A stretch of 64,000 nt of DNA from a virus, in the IMG/VR virus record IMGVR_UViG_3300036820_000005, positions 47,057-111,056 of that record; one strand, 5' to 3'. The position numbers and the translations under genes are program-made. Shown piece by piece: positions 36,512 to 44,444 of the stretch. The notes beneath the pieces were generated by a model that ran no database searches, was not told the DNA's origin, and saw only the letters and a program-made list of their open reading frames with translations. Every line of letters starts with the position of its first letter. The first letter of the stretch is position 1.

Positions 36512-37675
36512 ATGCTCAGAAGGCTCACCGGCACGATGGCGCTCACGCTGCTCGCAGGGCTTGGCCTGGCGGTCAGCGGGAACGTCGCCGCCGCAACGGC
36601 GGCGTCAGCCGGCACTCCGCTGGTCAGCGCGACGACCAGCATCGCGAACGACCCCGATACCGGCGGCAACGGCACCTGGGCCGACGACGACTTCACCAGG
36701 ACGCTGACGGTCAGCACCGACCCGACGAGCAGCGACTGCGCGGCACTCGCCGGCTGGACCGCCTCGGCCGACGTCTGCTACTCGGCGGCCATCACGGACG
36801 CCGGGACCGCGAACACGGTCGTCAACGCCTTCCAGCCCAACCAGGGCAGCAGCACCCTGGCGGACCAGACCGGCGACAAGATCACCGGCCCGTCCGAAGG
36901 GGTGCCGTTCACCGGCACCGCCAGCTACCAGTTCTACGCGCCAGCCGGCGGCATCCCCTCCGCCGCGGACGTCCCCGCCACGCTGAACGACAACTTCGCG
37001 AAGCCTTCCGGAGCTGCGAGCACGTCGGAGTGGTACCTGGAGGCGTTCGCCGCCACCGGCCGCACAGGTGTCTACACGGGCGGCATCGGGAACTGGTCGT
37101 GGACCTACGCCGATTCCTGCGAGTCGTGGACCGACGCGAACACGAACAGCCAGGGGCAGTCGACGCCGCTGTCGGACGACGGGAACATCACCGGCAAGGC
37201 CTGCGCGACCCCCGCCGGGTTCAGCGGCGGCCAGGGCGACGTGATCAACCGGTTCGGCAACGGCCTCGACGTCCGCGACCAGCGGCCCGCGGTGAACAAC
37301 CTGATCATCGCCTACCCGGTGACGGGCACCGATCCGGCCGTCCAGTTCGACGTGATCCCGGTCGGGGACGGCTGGGCGTTCGAGTACGCGCCGCTCAAGG
37401 TCGACTCGGGGCTGTGCGTGTCCGAGGCAGTCGGCAGTGAGCCTGCCGGATCCAACCCGACCGGCCTGGTACTGCGGGACTGCCTGTGGAACAAGTTCCA
37501 GCGGTTCACCCTCAGTGTCGGCGCGAACGGCAGCTTCCAGCTCGTCAACGCGGCCACCGGCCAGACGATCCAGCCGAACGGCACCCGCGCCCAGATCACC
37601 GGGGAAAACACGCTGAGCAACGTGGCCGGGTCGTGGTGGGCGTGGAACACGCCCGGGTCGGCACCCGCCGCGTAA
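36512..37675 (+). CDS. Secreted protein with C-terminal ricin-B-like lectin domain
   Basis: Signal peptide (RR, hydrophobic core, ASA); SGLCV...LRDC...QRF...LVNAATG. Confidence 0.7.
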   Translation: MLRRLTGTMALTLLAGLGLAVSGNVAAATAASAGTPLVSATTSIANDPDTGGNGTWADDDFTRTLTVSTDPTSSDCAALAGWTASADVCYSAAITDAGTANTVVNAFQPNQGSSTLADQTGDKITGPSEGVPFTGTASYQFYAPAGGIPSAADVPATLNDNFAKPSGAASTSEWYLEAFAATGRTGVYTGGIGNWSWTYADSCESWTDANTNSQGQSTPLSDDGNITGKACATPAGFSGGQGDVINRFGNGLDVRDQRPAVNNLIIAYPVTGTDPAVQFDVIPVGDGWAFEYAPLKVDSGLCVSEAVGSEPAGSNPTGLVLRDCLWNKFQRFTLSVGANGSFQLVNAATGQTIQPNGTRAQITGENTLSNVAGSWWAWNTPGSAPAA

Positions 37676-37689
37676 GACAAGAAGACCTG

Positions 37690-38235
37690 ATGCCTGCCCG
37701 CTGGGTTGAGACGCGGATGATCCCGCTCGACGAGCTGACCCCGTTCCCGGGTAACGCCCGCCGAGGCCTCATCCCGAAGATCCAGGATTCGCTCCGGCGG
37801 AACGGGCAGTACAGGTCGCTGGTGGTCCGCCAGGACGGCGTAGCACTCGTCGTCCTGGCGGGCAACCACACCATGCAAGCCCTCGCAGCCGAGGGGCACG
37901 CTGAGGCCCGCTGCGACGTGATCGAATGCACGGACCAGGAAGCCCGCCGGATCAACCTGGCCGACAACCGGCTATCCGACCTCGCCACCGACGACAAGCA
38001 GGCCCTCGCCGACCTGCTCGCCGAGATCGACGACCTCGAAGGCGCCGGGTACACCGCCAAAGACGTCGAGAAGCTCACCGGCACCCCGCCGGGTCCTGAA
38101 CCCGGCGAAGCGCCCGTAGACGACCTGGAGACGGTGTGGGGCGTGATCATCGAATGCGACACCGAAGCGCAGCAGGACGCCCTGATCGCCCGGTTCACCG
38201 GCCAGGGCCTCGACGTCCAGCCGCTGACGGGATGA
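37690..38235 (+). CDS. ParB/Srx N-terminal-domain protein (copy 1)
   Basis: L-x-PFPGNARRG...SL-x-x-NGQY...VLAGNH...ADNRL. Confidence 0.9.
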   Translation: MPARWVETRMIPLDELTPFPGNARRGLIPKIQDSLRRNGQYRSLVVRQDGVALVVLAGNHTMQALAAEGHAEARCDVIECTDQEARRINLADNRLSDLATDDKQALADLLAEIDDLEGAGYTAKDVEKLTGTPPGPEPGEAPVDDLETVWGVIIECDTEAQQDALIARFTGQGLDVQPLTG

Positions 38236-38239
38236 CCTG

Positions 38240-38764
38240 ATGCCCGCCCGGTGGATCGACACCCGGGAACTGCCGATCGACGAGCTGACCCCGTTCCCCG
38301 GCAACGCCCGCCGCGGGAACGTCGACCTGATCCGCCAGTCGGTCCGCCGCAACGGCCAGTACCGGTCCCTCGTCGTCCGCGCCGACCGGGGCGCCTTCGT
38401 AGTCCTGGCCGGGAACCACACGATGCGTGCGCTCGCCGCCGAGGGCCACACGACTGCCCGGTGCGAGCTGATCGAATGCACCGACCAGGAAGCGAGGCGG
38501 ATCAACCTGGTCGACAACCGCCTGTCCGACCTCGCCACGGACGACAAGACAGCGCTCGCCGCCCTGCTCGCCCTGCTCGACGGGGACCTGGAAGGCACCG
38601 GTTACACCGCGAAGGACGCCGAGCTGATGAAACCGCAGAAAGGCGACACAGAGCTGTTCAGGCTCTACGGCGTGATCATCCGCGTCCCCGCCGAGGAGCA
38701 GCAGCTCCAGCTGCTCGAGCAGCTGTCCGGCGAGGGCCTGAACGTCCGCGCGCTGATCGCATGA
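38240..38764 (+). CDS. ParB/Srx N-terminal-domain protein (copy 2)
   Basis: Tandem paralog with clearly similar DNA and protein. Confidence 0.9.
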   Translation: MPARWIDTRELPIDELTPFPGNARRGNVDLIRQSVRRNGQYRSLVVRADRGAFVVLAGNHTMRALAAEGHTTARCELIECTDQEARRINLVDNRLSDLATDDKTALAALLALLDGDLEGTGYTAKDAELMKPQKGDTELFRLYGVIIRVPAEEQQLQLLEQLSGEGLNVRALIA

Positions 38765-38779
38765 CCCGAGGAGAGCCCT

Positions 38780-39862
38780 GTGAAAGCTGACTTCACCCTG
38801 ACCTGCCCGATCGAGAAGTCAGGGCGGGTGATGCAGCTCGCCTCACTGTTCGACCTGCCCGTCGAGGCGAAGGCCAGCGTCCACGTGCAGGCGTCCCTGC
38901 CGGTCGAGGAACGCGACTGGAACGTCGGCCTGATCGTCGGCCCGTCCGGCGCCGGCAAGTCGTCGCTGGCCCGGCACCTGTGGCCCGGCCAGGTCGTGAC
39001 CGGGTTCGACTGGCCCGACGGCCGGTCCCTGGTCGACGCGTTCCCCGCCAGCATCGGGATCCGCGACGTGACCGGCCTGCTGACCGCTGTCGGCCTCGGC
39101 TCCACGCCGACGTGGCTGCGGCCGTACTCGACCCTGTCGACCGGCGAAGCGTTCCGCGCGACCATCGCCCGCGCGCTGGCCGAAACCGGCGACCTGATCG
39201 TCGTCGACGAGTACACCAGCGTGGTAGACCGGCAGGTCGCCAAGGTCGCCTCCCACACGGTCCAGAAAGCGGTCAGGCGGGCCGGGCGGCAGCTCGTCGC
39301 GGTCACGTGCCACTACGACGTGGAGGAGTGGCTGCAGCCCGACTGGGTGTACGACGTGGCCGCCGCCGAGTTCCGCTGGAGGTCCGTTCAACCCCACCCA
39401 GAGCTCCACCTTGAGATCTACGAGAGCGGGAAAGCCCTCTGGCCCGTGTTTGCGCGCCATCACTATCTGAGCGGCGCCCTGTCCGGCGACGCGGAATGCT
39501 ACGCCGGGTGGATCGACGGACGGCCGGTCGCGTTCACCTCGGCGATCCCCTGGTCAGGCAAGACCAGCCCCGTGATGAAAGGGCACCGGCTGGTCGTCCT
39601 GCCCGACTACCAGGGCCTCGGGATCGGCGGCAGGCTCGACGACTGGCTCGGCCAGCTGCTCTACCGGCGGGGCCTGCGGTACCGGAACACGGTCGCCCAC
39701 CCGCTGATGGTCCGGTTCTACTCCCGGTCCCCCAGGTGGCGGGCCACGGCGAAGCCGATGAGGCAGCTCGGCGCCAGCCACGACGGGCAACGCCACCAGT
39801 GGCAGAACCCGCGGCTGCTCGGCACCTGGACATTCGAGTACGTGCCCACGAGGGAGGGGTAA
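38780..39862 (+). CDS. ABC-type ATPase fused to GNAT (Mom-like) acyltransferase
   Basis: GPSGAGKS, LSTGE, IVVDE, VTCH; FARHHYL; RLVVLPDYQGLGIG. Confidence 0.9.
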   Translation: MKADFTLTCPIEKSGRVMQLASLFDLPVEAKASVHVQASLPVEERDWNVGLIVGPSGAGKSSLARHLWPGQVVTGFDWPDGRSLVDAFPASIGIRDVTGLLTAVGLGSTPTWLRPYSTLSTGEAFRATIARALAETGDLIVVDEYTSVVDRQVAKVASHTVQKAVRRAGRQLVAVTCHYDVEEWLQPDWVYDVAAAEFRWRSVQPHPELHLEIYESGKALWPVFARHHYLSGALSGDAECYAGWIDGRPVAFTSAIPWSGKTSPVMKGHRLVVLPDYQGLGIGGRLDDWLGQLLYRRGLRYRNTVAHPLMVRFYSRSPRWRATAKPMRQLGASHDGQRHQWQNPRLLGTWTFEYVPTREG

Positions 39863-40224
39863 TGCTGAGGACCTGGGTGACCGCGAAGCTGCACGGGATC
39901 ACCGTCACCGCCGCCAGCGTCGACTACCACGGGTCGGTGACCATCGGCGCCGACCTGATGGACGCCGCCGGCATCGAGCACGGCGAGCAGGTCCACGTGG
40001 TGAACCTGTCGACCGGCGGCCGGTGGGTGACCTACGCCCTGCCCGGCCCCGAAGGCGTGTTCACGCTGAACGGCGGCGGCGCCCGCCTCGGCGTGCCCGG
40101 AGACAAATGCGTGGTCATGACGTTCGGCCTTGCCGAGCACGCGCCCGGCGCGGCTGTCGTGTTCTGCGGCGTCGGCAACGAGGCGATCGACCAGGCGTTC
40201 TACCCGGCCGGGCTGCCGCGGTGA
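39862..40224 (+). CDS. panD: Aspartate 1-decarboxylase
   Basis: K9, H11, G24-S25 self-cleavage site, R54, T57, Y58, NGGGAR; TAATG overlap. Confidence 0.92.
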   Translation: MLRTWVTAKLHGITVTAASVDYHGSVTIGADLMDAAGIEHGEQVHVVNLSTGGRWVTYALPGPEGVFTLNGGGARLGVPGDKCVVMTFGLAEHAPGAAVVFCGVGNEAIDQAFYPAGLPR

Positions 40225-40925
40225 GAATCCTCGAACTCGGGTCATACGTGGTCGTCGGGTACGCCGGCCTCCTGCTGGCCGAGCAAGGCCACCAGGTCAC
40301 GAAATGGACCGCCAGCCACCCCGACCCGATCGAGGGCCTGCACCGCGGCCCGGAACTGTGGGCGTGGATCAACCACGGCAAGACGCTGACCGAACGGCAC
40401 GCCGCCACCGTCGGAGACGCGCTCCTCGCAGACGAGTTTGACGCGGTGATCGATAACATCCGCGCCGACACGTGGGCGAAGTGGGGAGTCCGGCCGGGAT
40501 GCCTGGCCGCCGCGCTCGACCTGACCTGGGTGTCGATGCGCGACGACTTCGACGGCCGGTCCTTCGACGCGATCGCCCAGGCCCGCGCCTGGGGTGACCA
40601 CCTCGGCTACCTCCCCGCATACCTCGGCGACACCACAGGCGGCCTGTGGCTCGCCTACAAGCTCCTGGCGGCCCCTCCAGGCCACCACATCCTCCGGCAG
40701 GCCGCATGCCTCGCCAAGCTCGTCGAGGGCGAGCTGGTCGTCCCGCCGCCGACCCCGCGGCAGGGGCCCGGCGGCGAACCGCCATGGGACCAGGCCGGCA
40801 CCTACGGGCAGGACGGCGACGGCACACGGGTCTGGTACCGCGGCGCAGAGGTCCGGGAGCCGTTCCGTGACACGGAATGGCGGCGGACCAATTTGCGCCA
40901 TTCCGGCGGCCGTTACGTCATCTGA
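40221..40925 (+). CDS. Family III CoA-transferase (CaiB/BaiF-like), short form
   Basis: RILELG...LLAEQG-x-x-V-x-K, NHGK, D-x-VIDN-x-R, FD-x-x-AQA, LGD-x-x-GG; GTGA overlap. Confidence 0.85.
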   Translation: MRILELGSYVVVGYAGLLLAEQGHQVTKWTASHPDPIEGLHRGPELWAWINHGKTLTERHAATVGDALLADEFDAVIDNIRADTWAKWGVRPGCLAAALDLTWVSMRDDFDGRSFDAIAQARAWGDHLGYLPAYLGDTTGGLWLAYKLLAAPPGHHILRQAACLAKLVEGELVVPPPTPRQGPGGEPPWDQAGTYGQDGDGTRVWYRGAEVREPFRDTEWRRTNLRHSGGRYVI

Positions 40926-41018
40926 CGCCCGGGTAATACCCGCGTCAATTATTGCGCTCTCTCTATTCGCCGAATAGCCGGTCAATTAGAATTTGATTGT
41001 AAGCAAAAATAAACCGGC
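40922..41018 (+). promoter_or_regulatory. AT-rich promoter module P2
   Basis: TAGAAT at 40987; aligns with P5; TAAGCAAAAA as in P1/P3. Confidence 0.7.
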
Positions 41019-41033
41019 GAAATGGAGTGCGAC

Positions 41034-41369
41034 ATGAATACCGCGCAGAAGCTACAGCGCCAGCCAGTCCTGCTAGCAGCAGTGAAGGCCCACGCGCAGG
41101 CGAATAGCGCGAAGGGCTGGGACATCCTCGGCGTCTGCGACGACGCGGAAATCGTCGAGCTGATCGGCTGGTCGGAAACGCCGGAGAGCGCGATCGCGAA
41201 AGTGGCGAAGGCCCTCGGCCTCCACGTCCAGGCGGCGACGGCCCCGGCCAGGGGCCGTTGCACCGAGCGCGTCGTGTTCATCGACGACCGGGCGGTGTCC
41301 ATGCACTACGACTGCCCCCTGCACGTCCAGTACACGGAGCGTGAGCGGTACGACCTCCTCCCCGTCTGA
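41034..41369 (+). CDS. Phage protein, paralog of 26484..26897
   Basis: HAQANSAKGWD...EIVELI...AIAKV. Confidence 0.75.
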   Translation: MNTAQKLQRQPVLLAAVKAHAQANSAKGWDILGVCDDAEIVELIGWSETPESAIAKVAKALGLHVQAATAPARGRCTERVVFIDDRAVSMHYDCPLHVQYTERERYDLLPV

Positions 41370-41378
41370 CCGTGACCA

Positions 41379-41425
41379 GCCCGGCAGGCAGGCAGCCCCG
41401 GTTCGAGCCCGGGGCCGGGCACGCA
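41379..41425 (+). ncRNA. Mini-tRNA-like element R3
   Basis: GCCCGG-CAGGCAGGCAG-CCCCGG-TTCGAGC-CCGGGG-CCGGGC-ACGCA. Confidence 0.75.
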
Positions 41426-41447
41426 GTACCAACCAAGAGGAGAGCCT

Positions 41448-41912
41448 GTGAAGGTCCTGTCCGTACGCCAGCCGTGGGCTGGCGCCATCATGCTCGGCCT
41501 GAAGCCGGTCGAGAACCGCAGCTGGGAGCCATGGGAGAAGGTCGACGGCGGAAGGGTGAAGTTCCGCGGCCGGCTGCTGATCCACGCGAGCGCCCGGCCC
41601 GACAGCGACGGCCCGCGGTTCATCGCCAGCCTCGGCATCCGAATGCCGCATGACCTGCCGATGGGCGTCATCCTCGGCAGCGTCGAGCTGTACGACGTCG
41701 TGACCGATAGCCGGTCGCCGTGGGCCGAGCCCGGCCAGAAGCACTGGCTGATGCGCGACCCGAAGCCGTGGCTGCGGCCGATCAAGGCGAACGGCGAGCT
41801 GGGCCTGTGGGAGTGGGACGCGGTCCCAGGCGGCGGGCCGGTCCAGGCCCGCCGTGACCCGCCTGCACCGCCGCCGGATCAGGGCGGCGTAGTGCCGGTC
41901 TGGACCGTCTGA
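41448..41912 (+). CDS. ASCH domain protein
   Basis: LSVRQPWA...G-x-K-x-VENRSW...RGRLLIHA...G-x-LGLW. Confidence 0.9.
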   Translation: MKVLSVRQPWAGAIMLGLKPVENRSWEPWEKVDGGRVKFRGRLLIHASARPDSDGPRFIASLGIRMPHDLPMGVILGSVELYDVVTDSRSPWAEPGQKHWLMRDPKPWLRPIKANGELGLWEWDAVPGGGPVQARRDPPAPPPDQGGVVPVWTV

Positions 41913-41965
41913 CCGAACAGGATGTGAGCGCCCGGCGGGCTGCCTGCCGGGCGCTCACGCATGCT

Positions 41966-42059
41966 CTGACCTGCGAAAATACGGCGTCTTTGTGCTGCCC
42001 GATCTTGTCGCGTTCTACACTCTTCATATATTATTTTTACATAAGCAAAAAACATCCAG
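41966..42059 (+). promoter_or_regulatory. AT-rich promoter module P3
   Basis: Near copy of P1; TTGTCG(42005)-N18-TATTAT(42029). Confidence 0.85.
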
Positions 42060-42077
42060 AACGCGAAGGAGCAAGCC

Positions 42078-42269
42078 ATGGGCGAGCGCGAAGTCCGCGA
42101 AATCCTCACCGAGATGCTGCTGAACGACGAGGAAGGCTACTTCCCCGGCGGCGGTGTCCGCGACGTCCGCTCCTTCAGCGAGGGCGGCCTGATGACTAGC
42201 AACGAGGGCCTGGTCCTCAAGCTGGCCGACGGCAGCGAGTTCCAGATCCAGATCCTCCAGAGCCGCTAG
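42078..42269 (+). CDS. Conserved small phage protein
   Basis: VRSF-x-E-x-G-x-MT-x-N-x-GLV...DGSEFQI pattern; GAAGGAG RBS. Confidence 0.75.
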   Translation: MGEREVREILTEMLLNDEEGYFPGGGVRDVRSFSEGGLMTSNEGLVLKLADGSEFQIQILQSR

Positions 42270-42276
42270 ACGGCCA

Positions 42277-42321
42277 GCCCGGCTGGAAGCCAGCACCGTT
42301 CGAGGCGGTGCCGGGCACGCA
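42277..42321 (+). ncRNA. Mini-tRNA-like element R4
   Basis: GCCCGG-CTGGAAGCCAG-CACCG-TTCGAGG-CGGTG-CCGGGC-ACGCA. Confidence 0.75.
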
Positions 42322-42347
42322 GAACCCCCGACCGGCAGGAGATAGCC

Positions 42348-42641
42348 ATGATCGTGTCCACGCGTACGACCTACACCTTCAGCTTCACGCCCAACGAGCT
42401 GGGCGCCGTCACCGGAGCGCTCGAAACGACCGCAGAGCACTCCGTGCTCACCGAGACCGCGACCGAGGTGGCCACCGTCCTTGGCCTGCTGAACACGGGC
42501 GAGCCGCTGACCTGGCAGCAGGCCGACGACCTGCGCGTGTGGGTCGTCCGGTACTGCAAGGCGACCAGCGGCACCGACGAGATGCCGGCGTGGCCAGGCC
42601 TGATCGGCGAGATCGCCCGGCGTCTCCAGCAGGGCATCTGA
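42348..42641 (+). CDS. Hypothetical protein
   Basis: AGGAG RBS. Confidence 0.7.
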   Translation: MIVSTRTTYTFSFTPNELGAVTGALETTAEHSVLTETATEVATVLGLLNTGEPLTWQQADDLRVWVVRYCKATSGTDEMPAWPGLIGEIARRLQQGI

Positions 42642-42647
42642 CCTGCA

Positions 42648-42691
42648 GCCCGACTTGGCAGCCAGCCCTGTTCGAGGCAGGGCCGGGCACG
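42648..42691 (+). ncRNA. Mini-tRNA-like element R5
   Basis: GCCCGA-CTTGGCAGCCAG-CCCTG-TTCGAGG-CAGGG-CCGGGC-ACG. Confidence 0.7.
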
Positions 42692-42731
42692 AACGGCGGC
42701 AACCCGGCCGCCCCACCGAGAGGAGAAGACG

Positions 42732-42899
42732 ATGACCGTCCGGATCGACCAGTTCGGCAACATGCGCCGCCCGGACCCCAGCGGCCACCGCGGCGTCAAG
42801 CGCGTCGAGAGCCACCTGTCGCGGATCAGAAGGGCCGAGGACGTCCGCCGAGACCGCCGCGCCCGCGTCCTGCTCACCCGCACCCGCACCGAGCTGTGA
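42732..42899 (+). CDS. 55-aa Arg-rich protein (not in ORF track)
   Basis: GAGGAG RBS; MTVRIDQFGN...RTEL*. Confidence 0.6.
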   Translation: MTVRIDQFGNMRRPDPSGHRGVKRVESHLSRIRRAEDVRRDRRARVLLTRTRTEL

Positions 42900-42916
42900 C
42901 CTGAGAGGAGACGGCA

Positions 42917-43273
42917 ATGGCTGCCAGCACCACCGGCCAGATCCCAATCGGAACCATCATCACCGCCCGCCCTTGGGCACAGGGAGTCGAGCAGGACCCG
43001 CGGAGCGCCATCGTGATCGGCGGCGCGTGGGACGGCGAGTTCATTACGGTGTGGTTCCACACGCTCGGTGAGCTGTCCCGGGAGGACGACGGCCGCGCTG
43101 TCCAGGCCATCATGACCAGCAAGATCCAGGTGACCGGCAGCCTGACTGACTGGGCGCCGTCGACGCTGAAGACGCTTGCCAGGCGGGTGAAGCGGGGTGG
43201 GCACTCCCGCGACGTGTACGTGCTCAGCGCGATCGGGACGGCCTACCGGGTAGCGACGGAGCGCGCGGCATGA
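42917..43273 (+). CDS. Hypothetical protein
   Basis: GAGGAG RBS. Confidence 0.7.
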   Translation: MAASTTGQIPIGTIITARPWAQGVEQDPRSAIVIGGAWDGEFITVWFHTLGELSREDDGRAVQAIMTSKIQVTGSLTDWAPSTLKTLARRVKRGGHSRDVYVLSAIGTAYRVATERAA

Positions 43274-43647
43274 CCGGTGTCCAGCCTGGCCATCGGGTCC
43301 GGCGGCCGACGCTCCGCACCATGACCCCGTTCGACCTGGCACGGGCGCTCGATGCAGCCGACCACCAGACAGATGACCGCCTACGGCAGGCGGTCCTCAA
43401 CGCGATGCGTGCCCGTTTCCCTCGGGCTGCAGATCAGTTCACGGCATGGCTGGCCGGGCGGGAACGAGCCGTTCAGGCCGCCACCGCGTACCGGGCTCAG
43501 GCGGCCAAGAAGTGGACGCAGATGCGGCAGGACGTCTACTGGCCGGAGGTGGAGGAGCTCGGCCGGTTCCGGTCGGCATGGGCCGATGCGAGCCGCGAGT
43601 ACGGACTGCTCCGCATGGAGTGGGTGATCGCCGCGACGGTTCGCTGA
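43270..43647 (+). CDS. Hypothetical protein
   Basis: ATGA overlap; stop lies inside module P4. Confidence 0.6.
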   Translation: MTGVQPGHRVRRPTLRTMTPFDLARALDAADHQTDDRLRQAVLNAMRARFPRAADQFTAWLAGRERAVQAATAYRAQAAKKWTQMRQDVYWPEVEELGRFRSAWADASREYGLLRMEWVIAATVR

Positions 43648-43735
43648 CCTGCGAAAACCAGGTCTTTTCGGACTGCCCCTTATTGTCGTGTTCTACACTT
43701 ATGCGATATAATTTCTACATAGTTGAAAATTTCCC
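43644..43735 (+). promoter_or_regulatory. AT-rich promoter module P4
   Basis: CTGACCTGCGAAAA; TTGTCG(43683)-N18-TATAAT(43707). Confidence 0.85.
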
Positions 43736-43827
43736 GAGCCTGCGAGGAGACCAGAGATGCCCAGCAGCCAGGCCGGCACAATCCAACCCCCATCCGAGGG
43801 CGCCACGACCGAAAGGAGCACGCAGCA

Positions 43828-44442
43828 GTGACTGCTGGAACCGCTACCCGCCGTAAGCCGAGGCGCAAGGTCTCGGACGAGCGCGTCCAGGAGATCGAAG
43901 CCCGCCGGGCCGAGATCGAGGCCGCAGCCGAAGCCATAGATGACACCGAGCCGGATTTCGTGGCGTTCCTGGCCCGGTGGGGTGACCGGTACAACGAGAA
44001 CAACCTGCGCCGCCTTTGGGTGCAGGCACCCCGCGCGACGTGCTTGCACAAGTTCCCGACGTGGCGGGGGATGGGCCGCCAGGTCCGCCGTGGCGAGACC
44101 GCGATCATGCTGATGCACCCGCGGACAGGAACCGACCCGGACAAGGTAAGCCCCGCGAACCCGACCGGCGAGGTGTTCTACGGCGCGTCATGGATGGCGC
44201 TGTTCGACTACGCCCAGACCGACCCGATCGGCGACTTCACCGACCAGGCCGACCCGGACGCCGACCCGGCCTTGGTGGCTGAGGTAGCACGCCTGCGGAA
44301 AGCGGCACTCGCCGAGCATCCCGACGTCTCCGCCCCGAACACCGGTCCCACCGATAAGGCGTTCCTGGCCGCGTGTGAGAAGTTCACGGCTGCATGGAAG
44401 CGCTACGAGGACGCCAAGGCGCAGTTGAAGGGCGACCGCTAG
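43828..44442 (+). CDS. ArdC-like N-terminal (ssDNA-binding) domain + C-terminal J-domain-like segment
   Basis: Y-x-x-NN...Q...W-x-x-x-GRQVRRGE...FD-x-x-QT; RKAALAEHPD...F-x-x-x-x-x-x-YE. Confidence 0.75.
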   Translation: MTAGTATRRKPRRKVSDERVQEIEARRAEIEAAAEAIDDTEPDFVAFLARWGDRYNENNLRRLWVQAPRATCLHKFPTWRGMGRQVRRGETAIMLMHPRTGTDPDKVSPANPTGEVFYGASWMALFDYAQTDPIGDFTDQADPDADPALVAEVARLRKAALAEHPDVSAPNTGPTDKAFLAACEKFTAAWKRYEDAKAQLKGDR

Positions 44443-44444
44443 CC

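Noticed and set aside
37690-38764. ParB pair as a plasmid-prophage partition system
   Set aside because: No HTH or ParA; the neighbouring ATPase is ABC-type and fused to a GNAT
38780-39400. ABC ATPase as a transporter subunit
   Set aside because: No permease nearby and it is fused to a GNAT domain
26907-42691. GTTCGA-containing elements as true tRNA genes
   Set aside because: Only ~41 nt, with no anticodon arm or full D arm; reported as tRNA-like elements instead
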